A stretch of 64,000 nucleotides of DNA from an uncultured Actinomycetes bacterium (GCA_963730835.1 CAVSTE010000005.1:141522-205521); one strand, 5' to 3'; shown: positions 31,775 through 42,752, numbered from the stretch's first letter. The notes: a model not told the origin generated them from the sequence alone. Numbers and translations are program-made.

Positions 31775-33367
31775 GTGACCCAGGCAGACATCGAGCTTCG
31801 CGGATCGGCCGACCGGGGCTTCGACGAGGTCTTGAGCGCCGACGCGCTCGAGTTCGTGGGCGAGCTGCAACGGCGCTTCGGTCCCCGGCGCCGTCAGCTG
31901 CTCGAGGCCCGCGCAGCGCGGCGAGAGCGGCTGCGGGCGGGGGAGATGCTGGACTTCCTGCGGGACACGCGCGAGGTGCGCGAGGGCGACTGGCGGGTCG
32001 AGCCGGTTCCCGATGACCTCGCCCAGCGCTGGGTGGAGATCACCGGGCCCACCGACCGCAAGATGGTGATCAACGCACTGAACTCCGGGGCGGATGGCTT
32101 CATGGCCGACTTCGAGGACGCCAACTCGCCGACCTGGCGCAACATGGTGCTTGGCCATGTGAACCTCAGAGACGCGATCGAGGGGACTATCTCCTACGAC
32201 GCCGCCGACGGGCGCCATTACGAGCTCGACCCGGACCACGCGACGCTACTGGTGAGACCGCGCGGCTGGCATCTGCCGGAGCGCCATCTGCTGGTCGACT
32301 CGGAGCCCATTTCCGGGGCACTGTTCGACTTCGGCCTGTACTTCTTTCACTGCGCGCATCGATTGCTGCGCGCCGGAACCGGACCGTATCTCTATCTGCC
32401 GAAGATGGAGTCTCATCTCGAGGCGCGGCTGTGGAACGACGTCTTTTGCTTCAGCCAGGATGCGCTTGGCATCGACCGGGGCACGATCAAGGCCACGGTA
32501 CTCATCGAGACGCTCCCCGCGGCCTTCGAGATGGACGAGATCCTCCACGAGCTGCGCGAGCACTCGGCGGGCCTCAATGCCGGGCGCTGGGACTACATCT
32601 TCTCGGCCATCAAGTGCTTCCCGGAGCGCCCGGAGATGGTGCTGCCCGACCGCGGCGACGTCACGATGACCGTGCCCTTCATGCGGGCCTACACCGAGCT
32701 ACTCGCGGCGACCTGTCACCGCCGCGGAGCGCATGCCATGGGGGGGATGGCGGCCCTCATCCCCTCGCGGCGCGACGAGGAAGCAAACGCCGCGGCCCTG
32801 GAGGGCGTGAGAGACGACAAGCGGCGCGAGGTCTCCCAGGGGTATGACGGTACTTGGGTGGCGCATCCCGATTTGGTGCCCGTCGCCCGTGAGGTGTTCG
32901 AGGAGGGCCTCGATGGCGCCCCCAACCAGCTCCAGCGGCTGCGCGACGACGTCGAGGTGAGCGCCGGCGAACTGCTCGACCTTCCTTCCACCCCCGGGTC
33001 GATCACCGAGGCCGGTCTGCGGACCGACGTCAACGTCGGCTTTCAGTACGTCTCCTTCTGGCTGACCGGCCGCGGCGCGGCGGCGATCAACTCGCTGATG
33101 GAGGACGCGGCCACGGCTGAGATCTCGCGCTCACAGATCTGGCAGTGGGTGCATCACGGCGCTCGACTGGACGACGGCCGCACGGTGACCCCGGAGCTGG
33201 TTCGCCAGACGCTCGACGAGGAGACGGCGAAGATCCGCGAAAGCGTGGGCGAGGAGATCTGGCGCCACGGCCGCCCGTCCGACACGCGCGAGATCTTCGA
33301 GCGCGTTGCGCTTGCGCCCGAACTCGTCGAGTTCCTGACGATTCCGGCCTACGGCTATCTCGACTGA
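31775..33367 (+). CDS. aceB: Malate synthase A
   Basis: [46 protein letters not shown]. Confidence 0.95.
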   Translation: MTQADIELRGSADRGFDEVLSADALEFVGELQRRFGPRRRQLLEARAARRERLRAGEMLDFLRDTREVREGDWRVEPVPDDLAQRWVEITGPTDRKMVINALNSGADGFMADFEDANSPTWRNMVLGHVNLRDAIEGTISYDAADGRHYELDPDHATLLVRPRGWHLPERHLLVDSEPISGALFDFGLYFFHCAHRLLRAGTGPYLYLPKMESHLEARLWNDVFCFSQDALGIDRGTIKATVLIETLPAAFEMDEILHELREHSAGLNAGRWDYIFSAIKCFPERPEMVLPDRGDVTMTVPFMRAYTELLAATCHRRGAHAMGGMAALIPSRRDEEANAAALEGVRDDKRREVSQGYDGTWVAHPDLVPVAREVFEEGLDGAPNQLQRLRDDVEVSAGELLDLPSTPGSITEAGLRTDVNVGFQYVSFWLTGRGAAAINSLMEDAATAEISRSQIWQWVHHGARLDDGRTVTPELVRQTLDEETAKIRESVGEEIWRHGRPSDTREIFERVALAPELVEFLTIPAYGYLD

Positions 33368-33388
33368 GGGCCGAAGCCCTCGGCTTCC

Positions 33389-33604
33389 CTACTCGCCGCT
33401 CTCGAACTTGAACGAAATCCCCAGGCGCACGCGGTAGCTCTTCACCTGCCCGTTCTCGATCGCGACGTCCTGGCGGATCACTTCGGCGATGCGAATGTCG
33501 CGAACGGTGCGAGCCGCGGTCTCCACCGCACTGCGCGCGGCGTCCTCCCAGGATTGGTCGCTGACGCCGATTACCTCGGTCACTCGGTAGACGCTGCCTG
33601 CCAT
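33389..33604 (-). CDS. Dodecin
   Basis: SVYRVTEVIGVS..SWEDA..YRVRLGISF; SD GAGGAG. Confidence 0.92.
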   Translation of the reverse strand: MAGSVYRVTEVIGVSDQSWEDAARSAVETAARTVRDIRIAEVIRQDVAIENGQVKSYRVRLGISFKFESGE

Positions 33605-33770
33605 GTCGTCTGCTCCTCTCCTCGGGTTGCGGTTCTCCGGCCGTGCGCCGGTGACGCCGACCCTACACCGCCGGACGACCAGGGGGTGAGGAGTTGGTCG
33701 GCCGATGGCGGGTCATTCGAATAAAGGCGCGCCTGCCCTGAAGGGCGGCGCGCCCGTTTATGCTCGCGCC

Positions 33771-34829
33771 GTGCACAGGCTGAGTCCGCCGTTGGCGGTC
33801 TTCGTGACCCTCTTGACTGCGCTCGCCGCCGCAGCTCCCAGTGCCACGGCGGGCGCCGCGCGGGCCCCGGGGCGGTCCGTGACGATCGAGTGGGTCGGCG
33901 ACATGGCGCTCAGCACCCAGCGAGGCCTGCCGCCGGGCGGTCTGCAGCGGGCGCTGGCGCCCGTGCGAGGCCTGCTGCGCGGCGCCGACGTGACCCTCGG
34001 CAATCTCGAGGGCACGCTGTCGGCCGGCGGACAGTCGAAGTGCGCTCAGCTCGGTGCCGGCAGCTGCTTTGCGTTCCAGGCCCCGGCCGACACCGCGGTT
34101 GCCCTGCGCGCGCTGGGTTTCGATCTCGTAAACCAGGCGAACAACCACTCGCTCGACTACGGTCCCTCGGGGCGGGCGCAGACCGTGGGGGCGCTGAAGC
34201 GGGCAGGGGTCGCCTACACGGGCTTTCCGGGCCAGATCACCTACCTCCAGGCCAAGGGCCTGAAGATGGCGTTTCTGGGCTTCGCCCCCTATCCCTACGA
34301 CGCGAACCTATTGGACATCCCGGCGGCCCAGGCACTGGTCGCCCGAGCGCGCCGGCACGCCTCACTGGTGGTGGTGATCATCCACGCCGGCGCCGAGGGA
34401 GCGGGAGCGCTGCACACGCCAAGCGTGACGCAGTACTTCGACGGCGAGAACCGGGGGGATGCCCGAGCCTTCGCCCACGCCGTGATCAACGCCGGCGCTT
34501 CAATCGTGCTGGGCTCGGGCCCCCACGTCATCCGCGGCATCGAGCGCTACCGCCAGCGAATGATCGCCTACTCGCTCGGAAACTTCGTCGGCTACAACAC
34601 GCTTGCCGGCGGCGGCGTGCTCGGCGAGAGCGGGATCCTGCGGGTGACGCTCGCGCCCGGGGGCCGCGTGCTGGCGGCACGCTGGATCTCGATAAAGCTC
34701 GTCAACGGGCTGCCGCGCCCGGACCGCAGCCACGCCAGCGTCCGGCTCGTGGCAGCGCTCTCCCGGGAAGATTTTCCGGGCCACCATTTCAGCATCGGCC
34801 CCAGTGGCGTTTTCGGCGGGTTGAGATAG
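33771..34829 (+). CDS. CapA family metallophosphoesterase-fold secreted protein
   Basis: Signal peptide; VGD, GNLEG, ANNHSLDYG, GPHV, YSLGNF. Confidence 0.88.
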   Translation: MHRLSPPLAVFVTLLTALAAAAPSATAGAARAPGRSVTIEWVGDMALSTQRGLPPGGLQRALAPVRGLLRGADVTLGNLEGTLSAGGQSKCAQLGAGSCFAFQAPADTAVALRALGFDLVNQANNHSLDYGPSGRAQTVGALKRAGVAYTGFPGQITYLQAKGLKMAFLGFAPYPYDANLLDIPAAQALVARARRHASLVVVIIHAGAEGAGALHTPSVTQYFDGENRGDARAFAHAVINAGASIVLGSGPHVIRGIERYRQRMIAYSLGNFVGYNTLAGGGVLGESGILRVTLAPGGRVLAARWISIKLVNGLPRPDRSHASVRLVAALSREDFPGHHFSIGPSGVFGGLR

Positions 34830-34836
34830 GGCGTCG

Positions 34837-35724
34837 TCACACGTCAACCGGTGCCTCGCGCGCGCTGCGCGAAGCGCCGACCGAGGCGGCGACCACGAAG
34901 GCGATTCCGGCCAGCTCGCGGGCGCTCAGCCCTTGGCCGACGACGATGAAGCCGGCCAGCGCCGCCATCGCCGGCTCGAGGCTCATGAGCACGCCGAACA
35001 GGCGGGTGGCGATCCGCCGCAACGCCTCCATCTCCAGCGTGTATGGGATCGCCGAGGAGAGCAGGCCCACCGCGGCGCCGAGCGCCAGTGAGCGCGGCTC
35101 CAGGAGTGCACGCCCCCCCTGGGCCACGCCGAGCGGCAGCACCAGGATGGAGGCAACGCACATGGCGATCGCCAGTCCGCTTCCGTGCTCGAACGCCCTG
35201 CCGACGCGTGCGTTGATGATGATGTAGGCGCCCCACATGCAGCCGGCGATCAGCGCGAAGCCGACGCCCAGCGCATCGAGGCTGCGACCGCCGCCGTGCA
35301 TCAGGGCGACGATCCCCACCGCCGCCAGCGCCACCCAGAGCAGGTCGAGTCGCCGCCGCGATCCGGCGACGGCGACGGTCAGCGGGCCGATGAACTCGAT
35401 CGTCACCCCGATGCCGAGCGGAATGCGCTCGATGGCCTCGTAGAAGGTCGCGTTCATCGTCGCGAGCACCAGGCCGAACACCGCGGCCAGCAACAGGTCC
35501 CGTCGTGTCCTGGTCCGGAGCGCCGGGCGCCAGACGGCCAGCAGCACGATCGTGGCGGCCACGAGCCGCAGGAGCACCGCCCCACCGGGGCCGGTCCGTG
35601 CAAACAGCGTGGTGGCGATCGCCGCGCCGAACTGGACCGAGGCGATCCCGCCCAGCACCAGGACCGGTGACGGCGTGCGCGCCAGTAGTCCCGGCGCCCG
35701 CGGGATGGTGTCCACGAGTGTCAT
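34837..35724 (-). CDS. EamA/RhtA-type DMT transporter
   Basis: SVQFGAA, RIPLGIGVTIEFIGPL, IPYTLEMEALRR, MSLEPA. Confidence 0.9.
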   Translation of the reverse strand: MTLVDTIPRAPGLLARTPSPVLVLGGIASVQFGAAIATTLFARTGPGGAVLLRLVAATIVLLAVWRPALRTRTRRDLLLAAVFGLVLATMNATFYEAIERIPLGIGVTIEFIGPLTVAVAGSRRRLDLLWVALAAVGIVALMHGGGRSLDALGVGFALIAGCMWGAYIIINARVGRAFEHGSGLAIAMCVASILVLPLGVAQGGRALLEPRSLALGAAVGLLSSAIPYTLEMEALRRIATRLFGVLMSLEPAMAALAGFIVVGQGLSARELAGIAFVVAASVGASRSAREAPVDV

Positions 35725-35829
35725 CAGCCGATCGTAGTGCGGGCTGTCGTGGCGCCTCGGACGAGCTCGCCGTCGCGGAGCGAGAGCAGTTCGCGGCGCA
35801 GGAGGCCGCACCGGCGAGGTGAGCGGCAG

Positions 35830-35879
35830 TTGACACCGAGCGGCCGTAAGTTTAGGCTTACGGTTAGTGATAACTAACC
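35830..35879 (+). promoter_or_regulatory. Sigma70-type promoter overlapped by two inverted-repeat operators (putative ArsR autoregulation)
   Basis: TTGACA(35830)-17 nt-TAGGCT(35853); CCGTAAG-N6-CTTACGG (35844-35863); GGTTAG-N6-CTAACC (35862-35879). Confidence 0.75.
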
Positions 35880-36187
35880 AAGGCGATGGGTGGGTCGCGC
35901 TCGGCGATCCGACCAGAAAGGCCATCTTCGAGCTACTCGCGAATCGACCACGGGCGGTCGTGGAGCTGGCCGGGGAACTGCCCATCAGCCGTCCTGCCGT
36001 CTCCCAGCACCTCCGGGCGCTAAAACAGGCCGGGCTGGTGATCGACCGGTCCGTCGGCACCCGCCGGATCTACCGGGTCGACCCCGATGGGCTCGCAGCC
36101 CTGCGGGCCGATCTGGAGCGCTACTGGGGCCAGGCCTTGGCCGCCTACAAGGCGATTGTGGAGCAATCAACCGAGGAGGAAACGTGA
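35867..36187 (+). CDS. ArsR/SmtB family transcriptional regulator
   Basis: ALGDPTR, SRPAVSQHL..L..AGLV. Confidence 0.92.
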   Translation: MITNQGDGWVALGDPTRKAIFELLANRPRAVVELAGELPISRPAVSQHLRALKQAGLVIDRSVGTRRIYRVDPDGLAALRADLERYWGQALAAYKAIVEQSTEEET

Positions 36188-36675
36188 GCACCCACACCCG
36201 GGCGACAGCTACAACCGTCCGCAGTTCGGTCGTCGTCGAGGCGCCGATCGGGCGAGCGTTCACTGTCTTCACCGAGGGTTTCGGCACGTTCAAGCCACCG
36301 GAACACAACATGCTGGCCGTCGAGATCGCCGAGACGGTGTTCGAGCCGCGGGTCGGCGGCCACGTGTATGACCGGGGCGTTGACGGCACCGAGTGCCACT
36401 GGGCACGAGTGCTCGCCTATGAGCCGCCGCAACGCGTCGTGATCAGCTGGGACATCAGCCCGCGGTGGCAGGTCGAGACCGATCTCGATAGGGCCAGCGA
36501 GGTGGAGGTGCGCTTCATCGCCGAGTCTGCCGAGCGCACGCGGGTCGAGCTCGAGCACCGCAATCTCGACCGGCATGGCGACGGCTGGGAGGCTGCGCGT
36601 GACGGCGTGGGCGGCGACTATGGCTGGCCCCTGTACCTGCGGCGATTCGCCGATGTGATCGCCGAGGAGGGGTGA
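36184..36675 (+). CDS. SRPBCC (AHSA1-like) family protein
   Basis: GTGA overlap; EPRVGG, EPPQRVVISW, TRVELEH, GW. Confidence 0.88.
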   Translation: MSTHTRATATTVRSSVVVEAPIGRAFTVFTEGFGTFKPPEHNMLAVEIAETVFEPRVGGHVYDRGVDGTECHWARVLAYEPPQRVVISWDISPRWQVETDLDRASEVEVRFIAESAERTRVELEHRNLDRHGDGWEAARDGVGGDYGWPLYLRRFADVIAEEG

Positions 36676-37137
36676 ATGGCGCCGATCATCGTCAGCACCG
36701 AAATCGCGCGGCCGCCGGCGCAAGCGTTCGCCTACGTAACCGACCCCACGCGGTTCGCCGAGTGGCAGGAGGGCGTAGTCGGCGGGCATATCGACGGGGA
36801 CGGCCCTCAGCGCGCCGGGAGCCGATGCCTAACCACACGCCGGATCGCGTTCGCCGAGCGGCAGGTGACCGCGGAGATCACGCACATCGATCCGCCGCGG
36901 GCATGGGGCGTACGCGGTATCGACGGACCGCTCCGCGCCACGGTTAACGTGACCGTCGATCCTCTCGGCCAGGGTGGGCATTCGCGCGTGACAATCGAGC
37001 TCGACTTCAGCGGCCACGGGTTCGGTCGGCTCCTGGTACCGCTGGTCACGCGCGGCGCGCGCAAGGAAATGCCCGCCAACCTTCAGCGACTGAAGGAACA
37101 GCTCGAACGCCAGCCAGCGAACGGAGGCTCGCAATGA
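36676..37137 (+). CDS. SRPBCC (polyketide cyclase-like) family protein
   Basis: EIARPP..FAYVTDP..EWQ..LQRLKEQLE. Confidence 0.85.
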   Translation: MAPIIVSTEIARPPAQAFAYVTDPTRFAEWQEGVVGGHIDGDGPQRAGSRCLTTRRIAFAERQVTAEITHIDPPRAWGVRGIDGPLRATVNVTVDPLGQGGHSRVTIELDFSGHGFGRLLVPLVTRGARKEMPANLQRLKEQLERQPANGGSQ

Positions 37138-37221
37138 CTGCGAACCCCCGCTGGGTCGAGCCCCTCGGCCGATCAGCTCATCACGAGGACGTCCTGATCG
37201 ATCAGCCGGCGGGCCGAATGC

Positions 37222-38133
37222 CTACTTGAGACGTCCAACGGCCGTATAGAAGACGCGCGCAATGACGCTGTAGCCGTTGTCGTTGGCGTGGATGTTCGGG
37301 CCGACCGGTGGGGTCGTGCATGCCCACGTCCAGGCGCAGACATAGGCGACATTCACCGGGATCGTCTGACCGGCATAGGACACGGTGGGGGACTGGTTGT
37401 AGCTGCTGAACGCATCCGCAACGTCGGCAGTCTTGAAGCCCGCGGCGGCGTTGGCCGAGTTGATGTCGCCGTTGATCCCCTGGAGCAGTGGCACCGACGC
37501 CGACGCAAGCGCTTTGTCGGTCGGGTTGGCGCTGAAGTACTCACCGAGCACCGGGTCGTAAAGATTCATCGCCGCGAATTTCGTTCCCTTGGGAGCGGCG
37601 GACTTGAGCGCAGCGAGGATCTTGGGCGTATTGGTCTTGATCGAGTTCTGACCAGTGGTCACGCAGGCGACGATCGCCGACAGGCTTCCGGCTGAGACGC
37701 AGCTGTCGACGTCGTTGGCGCCGATGTCGATCGTGACCAGCGGCACCTGGCCGGCCCGGTGGTGCTTCTTCAGGAAGGAGACAGCTGCCTTCAGCTGGGA
37801 ACCCCCCTTGCGGTTGCAGCGGAACTGCTTGGCGCTCTGGGCGTTGCCCGAGCCGGTGAGCAGGCTCGTGGTCGTGTCACCGGGACAGCCCACCTCGACC
37901 AGCTGCAGCTTCTTGATCCGCCTGGCCTCGAGCGCGAACAGATCGTTGGTGTAGCCGCGATCGGTCTCGACGCCGGTGCCGTTGGCGTTCGGCTGAAAGC
38001 CCACCGACAGCGAGTCGCCGAGCGCGAGGTAATAACGGGGGAACGAGGCGGCCGGTGTTGCGCCTAGCGCCGGCGCGGCCGTAACGGCCGCGGTTGCAGC
38101 CAACACCCCAATCAACAGCAGTCGTACCTTCAT
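37222..38133 (-). CDS. Secreted SGNH/GDSL hydrolase
   Basis: Signal peptide; YLALGDSL, IGAND, NIHAN..GY; SD GGAGGAG. Confidence 0.9.
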   Translation of the reverse strand: MKVRLLLIGVLAATAAVTAAPALGATPAASFPRYYLALGDSLSVGFQPNANGTGVETDRGYTNDLFALEARRIKKLQLVEVGCPGDTTTSLLTGSGNAQSAKQFRCNRKGGSQLKAAVSFLKKHHRAGQVPLVTIDIGANDVDSCVSAGSLSAIVACVTTGQNSIKTNTPKILAALKSAAPKGTKFAAMNLYDPVLGEYFSANPTDKALASASVPLLQGINGDINSANAAAGFKTADVADAFSSYNQSPTVSYAGQTIPVNVAYVCAWTWACTTPPVGPNIHANDNGYSVIARVFYTAVGRLK

Positions 38134-38374
38134 CTCTCTCTCCTCCAATTCGGCTACTGGGTCGCGGCACTCTACCGGCCCGAGAAGCGCTCGGCGCCAC
38201 AGACGTCGATCGCCGGGACGCGCCGACGGGCTTCGCCAGTAGGCAGCCCTCGGCGGCATCTGGCTCAACGTCCGCAGCGGATCCGATCGGGAGGCAATCT
38301 GCGTCTGATCTCTAGCTCGCGAGGGCTAGGTGCCGGTCTCGAGGCGCCCTCGTGGCCTGAGATCGAGAGCGGCG

Positions 38375-39388
38375 TCACGGCTGCGTCTCGCTTGGCTGCT
38401 GGTCGATCCAGGTGTCGAGCCGCTTCCACCAGCTGTAGAGCCAAGCGATCTGTCCGTCGGGTTCGCTGGGGCGGGCGGCTGCCGGCTCGAGCCACATTCG
38501 TTCGGTGAGGGTGGCGCCGATCGGAGTGTGGCGCCAGAGCTCGCGGGGGAACACGGCGAGCCCAAGTCCGGTGTGGGCCCCGAAGATGACGTCGGCGTCT
38601 GGATTGCCGCGCAGTGCTGCGAGCACGCCGGCGGGGTGTGGCGGCAGCACGTTTGACATCTCGCTCGCCATCGCCGCTTCGCGCCGCAGTCCCCTGCGCC
38701 AGAGCTTGGGCAACGCTTGTTGCTGACGATCGCGCGTGAAGTTTCCGCCCTCGGGGAACAGGAGCAGGACGCCGCGGGGACCCAGCTTGGCTGTGACCTC
38801 CTGTATCCGTGCCTCGCACTCAGCCGGGTTCGAGGTGTCGAGAACGGCGTGCGGCAGACGGTGACCGATCAGATCCACGGAAGGATCGATAGCGAGTGTG
38901 TCCTTGAACACGACGCTCGGATAACGGTTGTAGCGCGTGATCAACAGGTCGACTAGCAGCGCAGCGTCTCCGGGCCCGGCATGGCGAGAGAAGAACAGCA
39001 CGGGCCTATCGGTCTCGAGCGCGCGGGCCGCCTCGTCTGAGGCCTCCGAGACCACGTCTATGTCGAGCAGAGCCAGCGCTTTCTGCGCGAGCCCGTGGAC
39101 AAACCATCGCAGCAGCCGATAGTGGAGCAGCTGAAAGCGGCGGGAGCGCATCCAAAATCCGAACCCGCTCGCCAGCCAGAGCATTCCACAGGCCAACAGC
39201 ACCCCGAGCTCGCGCGCAAAGTACGCCACGACCAAGCGAGCAAGGAGCATCGGCTGCGGCCGGCGGGTGAGCGCGGCAATGATCGCGGCCAGCGCTAGCA
39301 GCAGGGGGCTGAGCACGAGGGCGATCACCGACATCATGAGCCACAACGTGACGGTGAGCGGGCGCCGAATCGGGGTGGGCGGCATCAC
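38375..39388 (-). CDS. 1-acyl-sn-glycerol-3-phosphate acyltransferase family protein
   Basis: RHAGPGD (HX4D), FPEGGNF; N-terminal TM segments. Confidence 0.85.
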   Translation of the reverse strand: MMPPTPIRRPLTVTLWLMMSVIALVLSPLLLALAAIIAALTRRPQPMLLARLVVAYFARELGVLLACGMLWLASGFGFWMRSRRFQLLHYRLLRWFVHGLAQKALALLDIDVVSEASDEAARALETDRPVLFFSRHAGPGDAALLVDLLITRYNRYPSVVFKDTLAIDPSVDLIGHRLPHAVLDTSNPAECEARIQEVTAKLGPRGVLLLFPEGGNFTRDRQQQALPKLWRRGLRREAAMASEMSNVLPPHPAGVLAALRGNPDADVIFGAHTGLGLAVFPRELWRHTPIGATLTERMWLEPAAARPSEPDGQIAWLYSWWKRLDTWIDQQPSETQP

Positions 39389-40242
39389 AGCTCCTTCAGG
39401 TAGCGCAGCGACGCCTCGTAGGAGGCGTCGACCTGCTGCTGAACGGTGCGGGCCATGCGGCGGATCCGGAGCTGACCGGACACGTCGTTGTAGGCCGGTG
39501 CGGCCGATCCGCCGGTGGGCAGTACGTGGAGCTCTACATCGTCCGGGAGGGAGCGCAGATCGTGCGCGAAGCGATGCCGCCGCGCGACCTCGAAGGCGAC
39601 CAGGCCGACCTCCCACGGCCAGCGCGGCGGTCTGAGCGGCTGTTCCAGGCGTCCGACCTGAAGCACGTAGATCCGCTTGGCTCCGAGCGCCACGGCACGA
39701 CCCACCGGAATGGAGTTGACGATCCCTCCATCAATGAAATGCTCATCGCCGATCCTCACCGGGGGCAGGATGCCCGGCACCGCGCACGAGGCAAGCACGA
39801 CATCTGCAAGTGGACCGCGGTCAAACCAATGCTCGGCAGCCTGCTCGATCGACGCCGCTACACACTGAAACGGGACCGCCAGCTCCTCGACGCGCTGCAC
39901 CGGAAGAACCTCGATCAGCCGCTGACGAACGTCGTCCAGCGTCTGGAGATGGGTGCCGCTCCGAGCAAGCGTCGTGACCCGCCGGAGCATCGTGCCCGCG
40001 GATACCTCCGAACGGTTCATCTCCCGCCACAGCCCCGCTAGGCGCTCCACGCCCCCCGGTGTCGGGTCAGCGGCGAAAAACGCGCCGTTGATCGCGCCCA
40101 CTGACGTGCCCAGAACGATGTCCGGCTCGAGCGAGCACTCGGCGAGCGCCCGCAGCATCCCGACCTCGTGGGCCCCCAAAATTCCGCCTCCGCCGAGCAC
40201 AAACGCCAGCTCGCACCGACACCGCGTGGCTTCCACACTCAT
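39385..40242 (-). CDS. Patatin-like phospholipase
   Basis: GGGGILG, GTSVG, DGG. Confidence 0.92.
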   Translation of the reverse strand: MSVEATRCRCELAFVLGGGGILGAHEVGMLRALAECSLEPDIVLGTSVGAINGAFFAADPTPGGVERLAGLWREMNRSEVSAGTMLRRVTTLARSGTHLQTLDDVRQRLIEVLPVQRVEELAVPFQCVAASIEQAAEHWFDRGPLADVVLASCAVPGILPPVRIGDEHFIDGGIVNSIPVGRAVALGAKRIYVLQVGRLEQPLRPPRWPWEVGLVAFEVARRHRFAHDLRSLPDDVELHVLPTGGSAAPAYNDVSGQLRIRRMARTVQQQVDASYEASLRYLKEL

Positions 40243-40314
40243 CTGCTACCTCGCGGTGGGCTGCCGTAAGCGCGTGAACGTTCGCTGCCGGGCCAAGGCT
40301 AAGGTGACCTCGGC

Positions 40315-41127
40315 GTGATTCGATTGATCACCTGGAACGTCGCGCGCCGCACGACCCGGCTACCGGACCAGGCCACCGCGCTAGCAGAGCGGGAGCCGGA
40401 CGTCGTCGCTCTACAGGAGATCACTCCAAACACTCTGCCCCTGTGGCGTCATGCGTTCGAGCTGATGGGGCTGACACATGTCCGCGCTTCAGCCGTGGGC
40501 GACGACGCGGCCGCGGGGGCCTTGGGTCGACGAACGCTGATCATGATCGCGTCGCGGGTCGCGCTCGAGGATCTGGACCAGCCGCTGCCGGTTCCGCGGC
40601 GTGAGAGCGCCCTCAGCGTGCTCGCGCACGCCAGCTCGGGCCCGCTGGAGGTCCACTGCGTCCATGTCCCCAATGCTGCGAACGGATGGGTCAAGGTAGA
40701 GACCCTCCGGGCATTGCGCCGCGGGCTTGGGACACCGAGCAATGCGCCACGAGTGCTGTGCGGCGATCTCAACACCCCGCGGCGCGAGCTACCGGACGGC
40801 ACGACGATCTCGTTCGCGTGCGACTCGCGCGGGCGTCTGCGTCCCGACCGCGGCCCCGAGTGGGATGCCGCCGAGCTCGGCGTCGTCCCGGGCCTCCGCG
40901 ACCTGGGATACCTCGACGCATACCGGACGCTGCACGGATACGAGTCGCGGTCGCCGAGCTGGACCTGGAGGACGATCGCCGGCCACAACGGTGGTTGGCG
41001 CCTTGATCACGTCTTCGTCTCCCTGCCTCTGCTGCCTCGCGCCTGCCAGTACCAGCACGAGTGGCGAGACCAGGGGCTCAGCGATCACTCCGCGCTCGAG
41101 ACCGATCTGGAGCCGCGAAGCAGCTGA
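40315..41127 (+). CDS. Endonuclease/exonuclease/phosphatase family protein
   Basis: TWNV, DVVALQE, CGDLN, WRLDH, SDH. Confidence 0.9.
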   Translation: MIRLITWNVARRTTRLPDQATALAEREPDVVALQEITPNTLPLWRHAFELMGLTHVRASAVGDDAAAGALGRRTLIMIASRVALEDLDQPLPVPRRESALSVLAHASSGPLEVHCVHVPNAANGWVKVETLRALRRGLGTPSNAPRVLCGDLNTPRRELPDGTTISFACDSRGRLRPDRGPEWDAAELGVVPGLRDLGYLDAYRTLHGYESRSPSWTWRTIAGHNGGWRLDHVFVSLPLLPRACQYQHEWRDQGLSDHSALETDLEPRSS

Positions 41128-41191
41128 GGGCAGGCAGTTCAAAGCAGCAGCGACAGCGGCGCACAATCGGGTGGTGTGTAGGGTGGCGCGT

Positions 41192-41836
41192 ATGGAGCAG
41201 CTCAACGGTCTCGGCGTCCCGCAGTCGCTTAGCGAGGTTTGCCGCGCGGAGCGCCTTGCGTTGATCGTCTACGACATGCAGGTCGGGATCTTGGACCAGA
41301 TTGCTGACGGGGAGAAGGTCATCGAGAGCGTCCGGGAGGTTCTCGCAGCGGCGAGGGGGGCAAGCGTCAGGACCTACTTCACGCGCCATGTGACTTTGCC
41401 CGTGGAGTTGATGGGCGTCGCCCAGTTGAGGATGTGGCGCGCGTGGCAGCGCGTCGATCATCTCGAGGACGTGCGGTCTCCGTTCTTGCCCAATGCTCCT
41501 CAGACCCAGCTCGCGCCTGAACTGGCGCCGAGCGAAAAAGAGGCAGTCCTGGACAAGCTGACTTTGTCGGCCTTCGCCGGCACTCCTCTTGAGCTGGCGC
41601 TACGAGGAGCAGGTGTGGAGGCGATCGCGATCGTGGGCGTGGCGACGGAGATTGGCATCGAACCGACGGTGCGGCACGCTGTGGACCTGGGCTTCATCCC
41701 TGTGGTCGTAACGGATGCCTGCGCTGCTGGAAACGCCGAAGCTGGCGTCAGGGCGATAGACACCTTGCGGTTTCTCGGCGACGCCGTGCTCACGGACGTC
41801 GCGGGATTTCGCGATGCGCTGGCGGGACGCAACTGA
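41192..41836 (+). CDS. Isochorismatase-like hydrolase (YecD-like; usual catalytic Cys absent)
   Basis: ALIVYDMQ, K..SAF, GVATEIGIEPT. Confidence 0.85.
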   Translation: MEQLNGLGVPQSLSEVCRAERLALIVYDMQVGILDQIADGEKVIESVREVLAAARGASVRTYFTRHVTLPVELMGVAQLRMWRAWQRVDHLEDVRSPFLPNAPQTQLAPELAPSEKEAVLDKLTLSAFAGTPLELALRGAGVEAIAIVGVATEIGIEPTVRHAVDLGFIPVVVTDACAAGNAEAGVRAIDTLRFLGDAVLTDVAGFRDALAGRN

Positions 41837-41882
41837 AGCTGATCTCTGCGTCCTGCCTAGGCGAAGCGCACCGGGCCTGCGC

Positions 41883-42752
41883 GTGAACTTCGGCGTAGCG
41901 CTTGGGCTGCTCCTGGCAGCGATCTCGACGACGCTCACGAATCTCGCGTACTCGCGGGAGCACGATGCCGCTGCCGCTCTGCCGGCGCTTTCGCTGCGCC
42001 GCCCGGTGCACTCACTGCAACTCCTGCTGGCGGACCGAAGCTGGATACTCGGCTTCGCGATGGAGTCGGGTGGGTTCGCTGCCTACGCCGCGGCGCTGGC
42101 GCTGGCGCCGCTCGCCGTCGTACAGAGCATCGGCGCCGGGGGCATCGGTGTACTTGCGTACGCATCCGCGAAGGTCAGCCGACGGCGCCTGGGAACTCGC
42201 CAGTCAGCCGGAGCCGCGATCTCAGCACTCGGCCTGGCCTTGCTCGGGATCTCGCTGATCAAGCACAGCGGCGGGGGCGGCCGAGGGTCGACCGCCGGGA
42301 TCCTCACGTGGCTCGGCGGAACCGCGGCGGTTGCGGTAATCGTCCTCTTGATCGGACGCAGGCGGGGGCAGATTGCCGTGGCCGACGGAATCGCCGGCGG
42401 CCTCCTCTTCTCGATCGGCGACTTCTCGACCAAGCTCGCGACACAAGGCGGAACTCACCTCGTCTTCGTCCTGACGCTGATCATCGGCTACACACTTGGC
42501 ACCTCGTACCTCCAGCTCGGCTACCAACGCGGCGGGGCGCTGACGGTGGCCGGACTCGCCACGCTGCTAACCAACGCTCTGCCGATCCTTGCGGCCACGG
42601 TCGTGCTGCACGAGCCGGTCCCATCAGGCGCGCTGGGCGCTGCCCGACTGCTTGCGTTCGCCACCGTGACGCTCGGCGCGGTGCTCCTCGCCGCACCTGA
42701 GACCGGCCTCGCGGAACAGGCGCCAGAGGTCGCCGCTCCCGACTCCGGGTGA
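41883..42752 (+). CDS. Multi-pass membrane protein (DMT-like)
   Basis: Many hydrophobic segments; LAPLAVVQ motif. Confidence 0.75.
   Translation: MNFGVALGLLLAAISTTLTNLAYSREHDAAAALPALSLRRPVHSLQLLLADRSWILGFAMESGGFAAYAAALALAPLAVVQSIGAGGIGVLAYASAKVSRRRLGTRQSAGAAISALGLALLGISLIKHSGGGGRGSTAGILTWLGGTAAVAVIVLLIGRRRGQIAVADGIAGGLLFSIGDFSTKLATQGGTHLVFVLTLIIGYTLGTSYLQLGYQRGGALTVAGLATLLTNALPILAATVVLHEPVPSGALGAARLLAFATVTLGAVLLAAPETGLAEQAPEVAAPDSG

Noticed and set aside
31775-33367. Malate synthase without an adjacent isocitrate lyase as an unusual pathway
   Set aside because: Unlinked aceB is common, and aceA may lie outside the window.
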